A stretch of 63,891 nucleotides of DNA, filler included, from Mycoplasmatota bacterium (GTDB taxonomy: Bacteria > Bacillota_I > Bacilli_A > RF39 > UBA660): assembly GCA_012727915.1 (NCBI GenBank). It is 5 parts of 5 records of this genome, joined end to end, with 100 filler letters (N's around TTAATTAATTAA, not from the genome) between each part and the next. Parts side by side here need not be neighbours in the genome. Positions count along the whole stretch, not along the records: positions 45,060 to 63,891 come from JAAYGD010000060.1; 4 more parts are not named here. The stretch is one strand, 5' to 3'. Made by a program: the position numbers and the translations under genes. This document shows positions 63,272 through 63,891 of the stretch, in pieces. Under the pieces are notes generated by a model that saw nothing but the letters and a program-made list of their open reading frames with translations, did not search any database and had not been told where the DNA came from. Within the stretch, counting starts at the first letter, position 1; each line of letters starts with the position of its first letter.

Positions 63272-63611
63272 ACTCCTTTTTTTTATAAATATCTTTAACT
63301 AAATTATATTTAAATTATGCTTTTAATAGCACATGCATTTCATTATTTTAGAACAGGATAAGTGTGTACTACAACAACTTGCTAGTAGCAAGTTTTAACC
63401 TTATTTCATAAGGTTTTCTTTAATTATAATTGGTGCGACAAACATTATTTTGTCTTACTTATGTCAGTACATTTTTTCCCTTGTTTTTAAATGATTCTTA
63501 TTATTTGTATGGCATTTGTACATACGTTTTTTTAGCTATTTTATACTAGATTGTGCTATAAAACGTTAAATTTGTTGATTCATAATTACTTTGACAATAG
63601 CGCAATTTCAA

Positions 63612-63891
63612 TTAATTTTCTTTTAAAATTGATTCTATTTTTTTATCAATCATACTTAACTCTTCTAGTATTACGTCACCATTTATTTTATCTTTTTCTA
63701 TTTCAATATTCTTAATTAAATGTTCTATATCTGATTTTATTTTTCTTGTTTCATTCTTATAAATTGAAACAGATGATTCTAAATTATTATTTAATACTTG
63801 AATATCTTCTAATTCTTTTTTTAAATCTACTATAGATTTATTATCTTCTCTACCTGATCCCCAACTGATATCTATTTCACTATACCCTGCA
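63612..63891 (-). CDS. 3' end of an unknown coiled-coil-tailed protein (partial)
   Basis: Open frame AGYSEIDISWGSGREDNKSIVDLKKELEDIQ..ESILKEN*. Confidence 0.65.
   Translation of the reverse strand, partial: AGYSEIDISWGSGREDNKSIVDLKKELEDIQVLNNNLESSVSIYKNETRKIKSDIEHLIKNIEIEKDKINGDVILEELSMIDKKIESILKEN

Overview
Very AT-rich bacterial sequence read with the standard code 11 (TGA = stop). Gene content and order point to a genome-reduced, walled Bacilli lineage (RF39/UBA660-like is my inference). The window is five contigs joined by 100-nt N spacers containing TTAATTAATTAA, so adjacency across 7447-7546, 25678-25777, 35836-35935 and 44960-45059 carries no information. Contig 1: a complete NAD salvage operon (pncA-pncB-Nudix-nadE-nadD-pncC-nrtR plus a YunG/Ada-Zn fusion) with a four-box candidate operator, and a long unexplained hairpin at 101-203. 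Contig 2: pcrA'-ligA-comK-cca-dnaD-nth, ponA-recU, gpsB-rnpB-rodZ-like-pgsA-recA, frr, a Phe T-box followed by an esterase and pheST, and lemA'. Contig 3: murG-murB-divIB-ftsA-ftsZ and rlmN-prpC-prkC-rsgA-rpe'. Contig 4: DUF2779, rpoZ, recX, prsA, hydrolase-ddl, a Cys-less EIIB-like protein, orphans, and a chimeric end carrying a guaA fragment. Contig 5: dnaG-sigA-trmK-DUF488-WDGH-like-rbgA', a tandem wHTH-metallophosphoesterase behind an 8-codon leader ORF and terminator, an SOS-regulated Y-polymerase/YolD pair, a P-type ATPase, a beta-propeller protein, and the edge of an island at a tRNA-Pro att site carrying a Nudix + SauUSI-like type IV restriction pair. The best candidate for an undescribed system is the putative leader-peptide-attenuated dead/active tandem metallophosphoesterase at 50479-52804. 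All family calls come from motif recognition; no database search was run.
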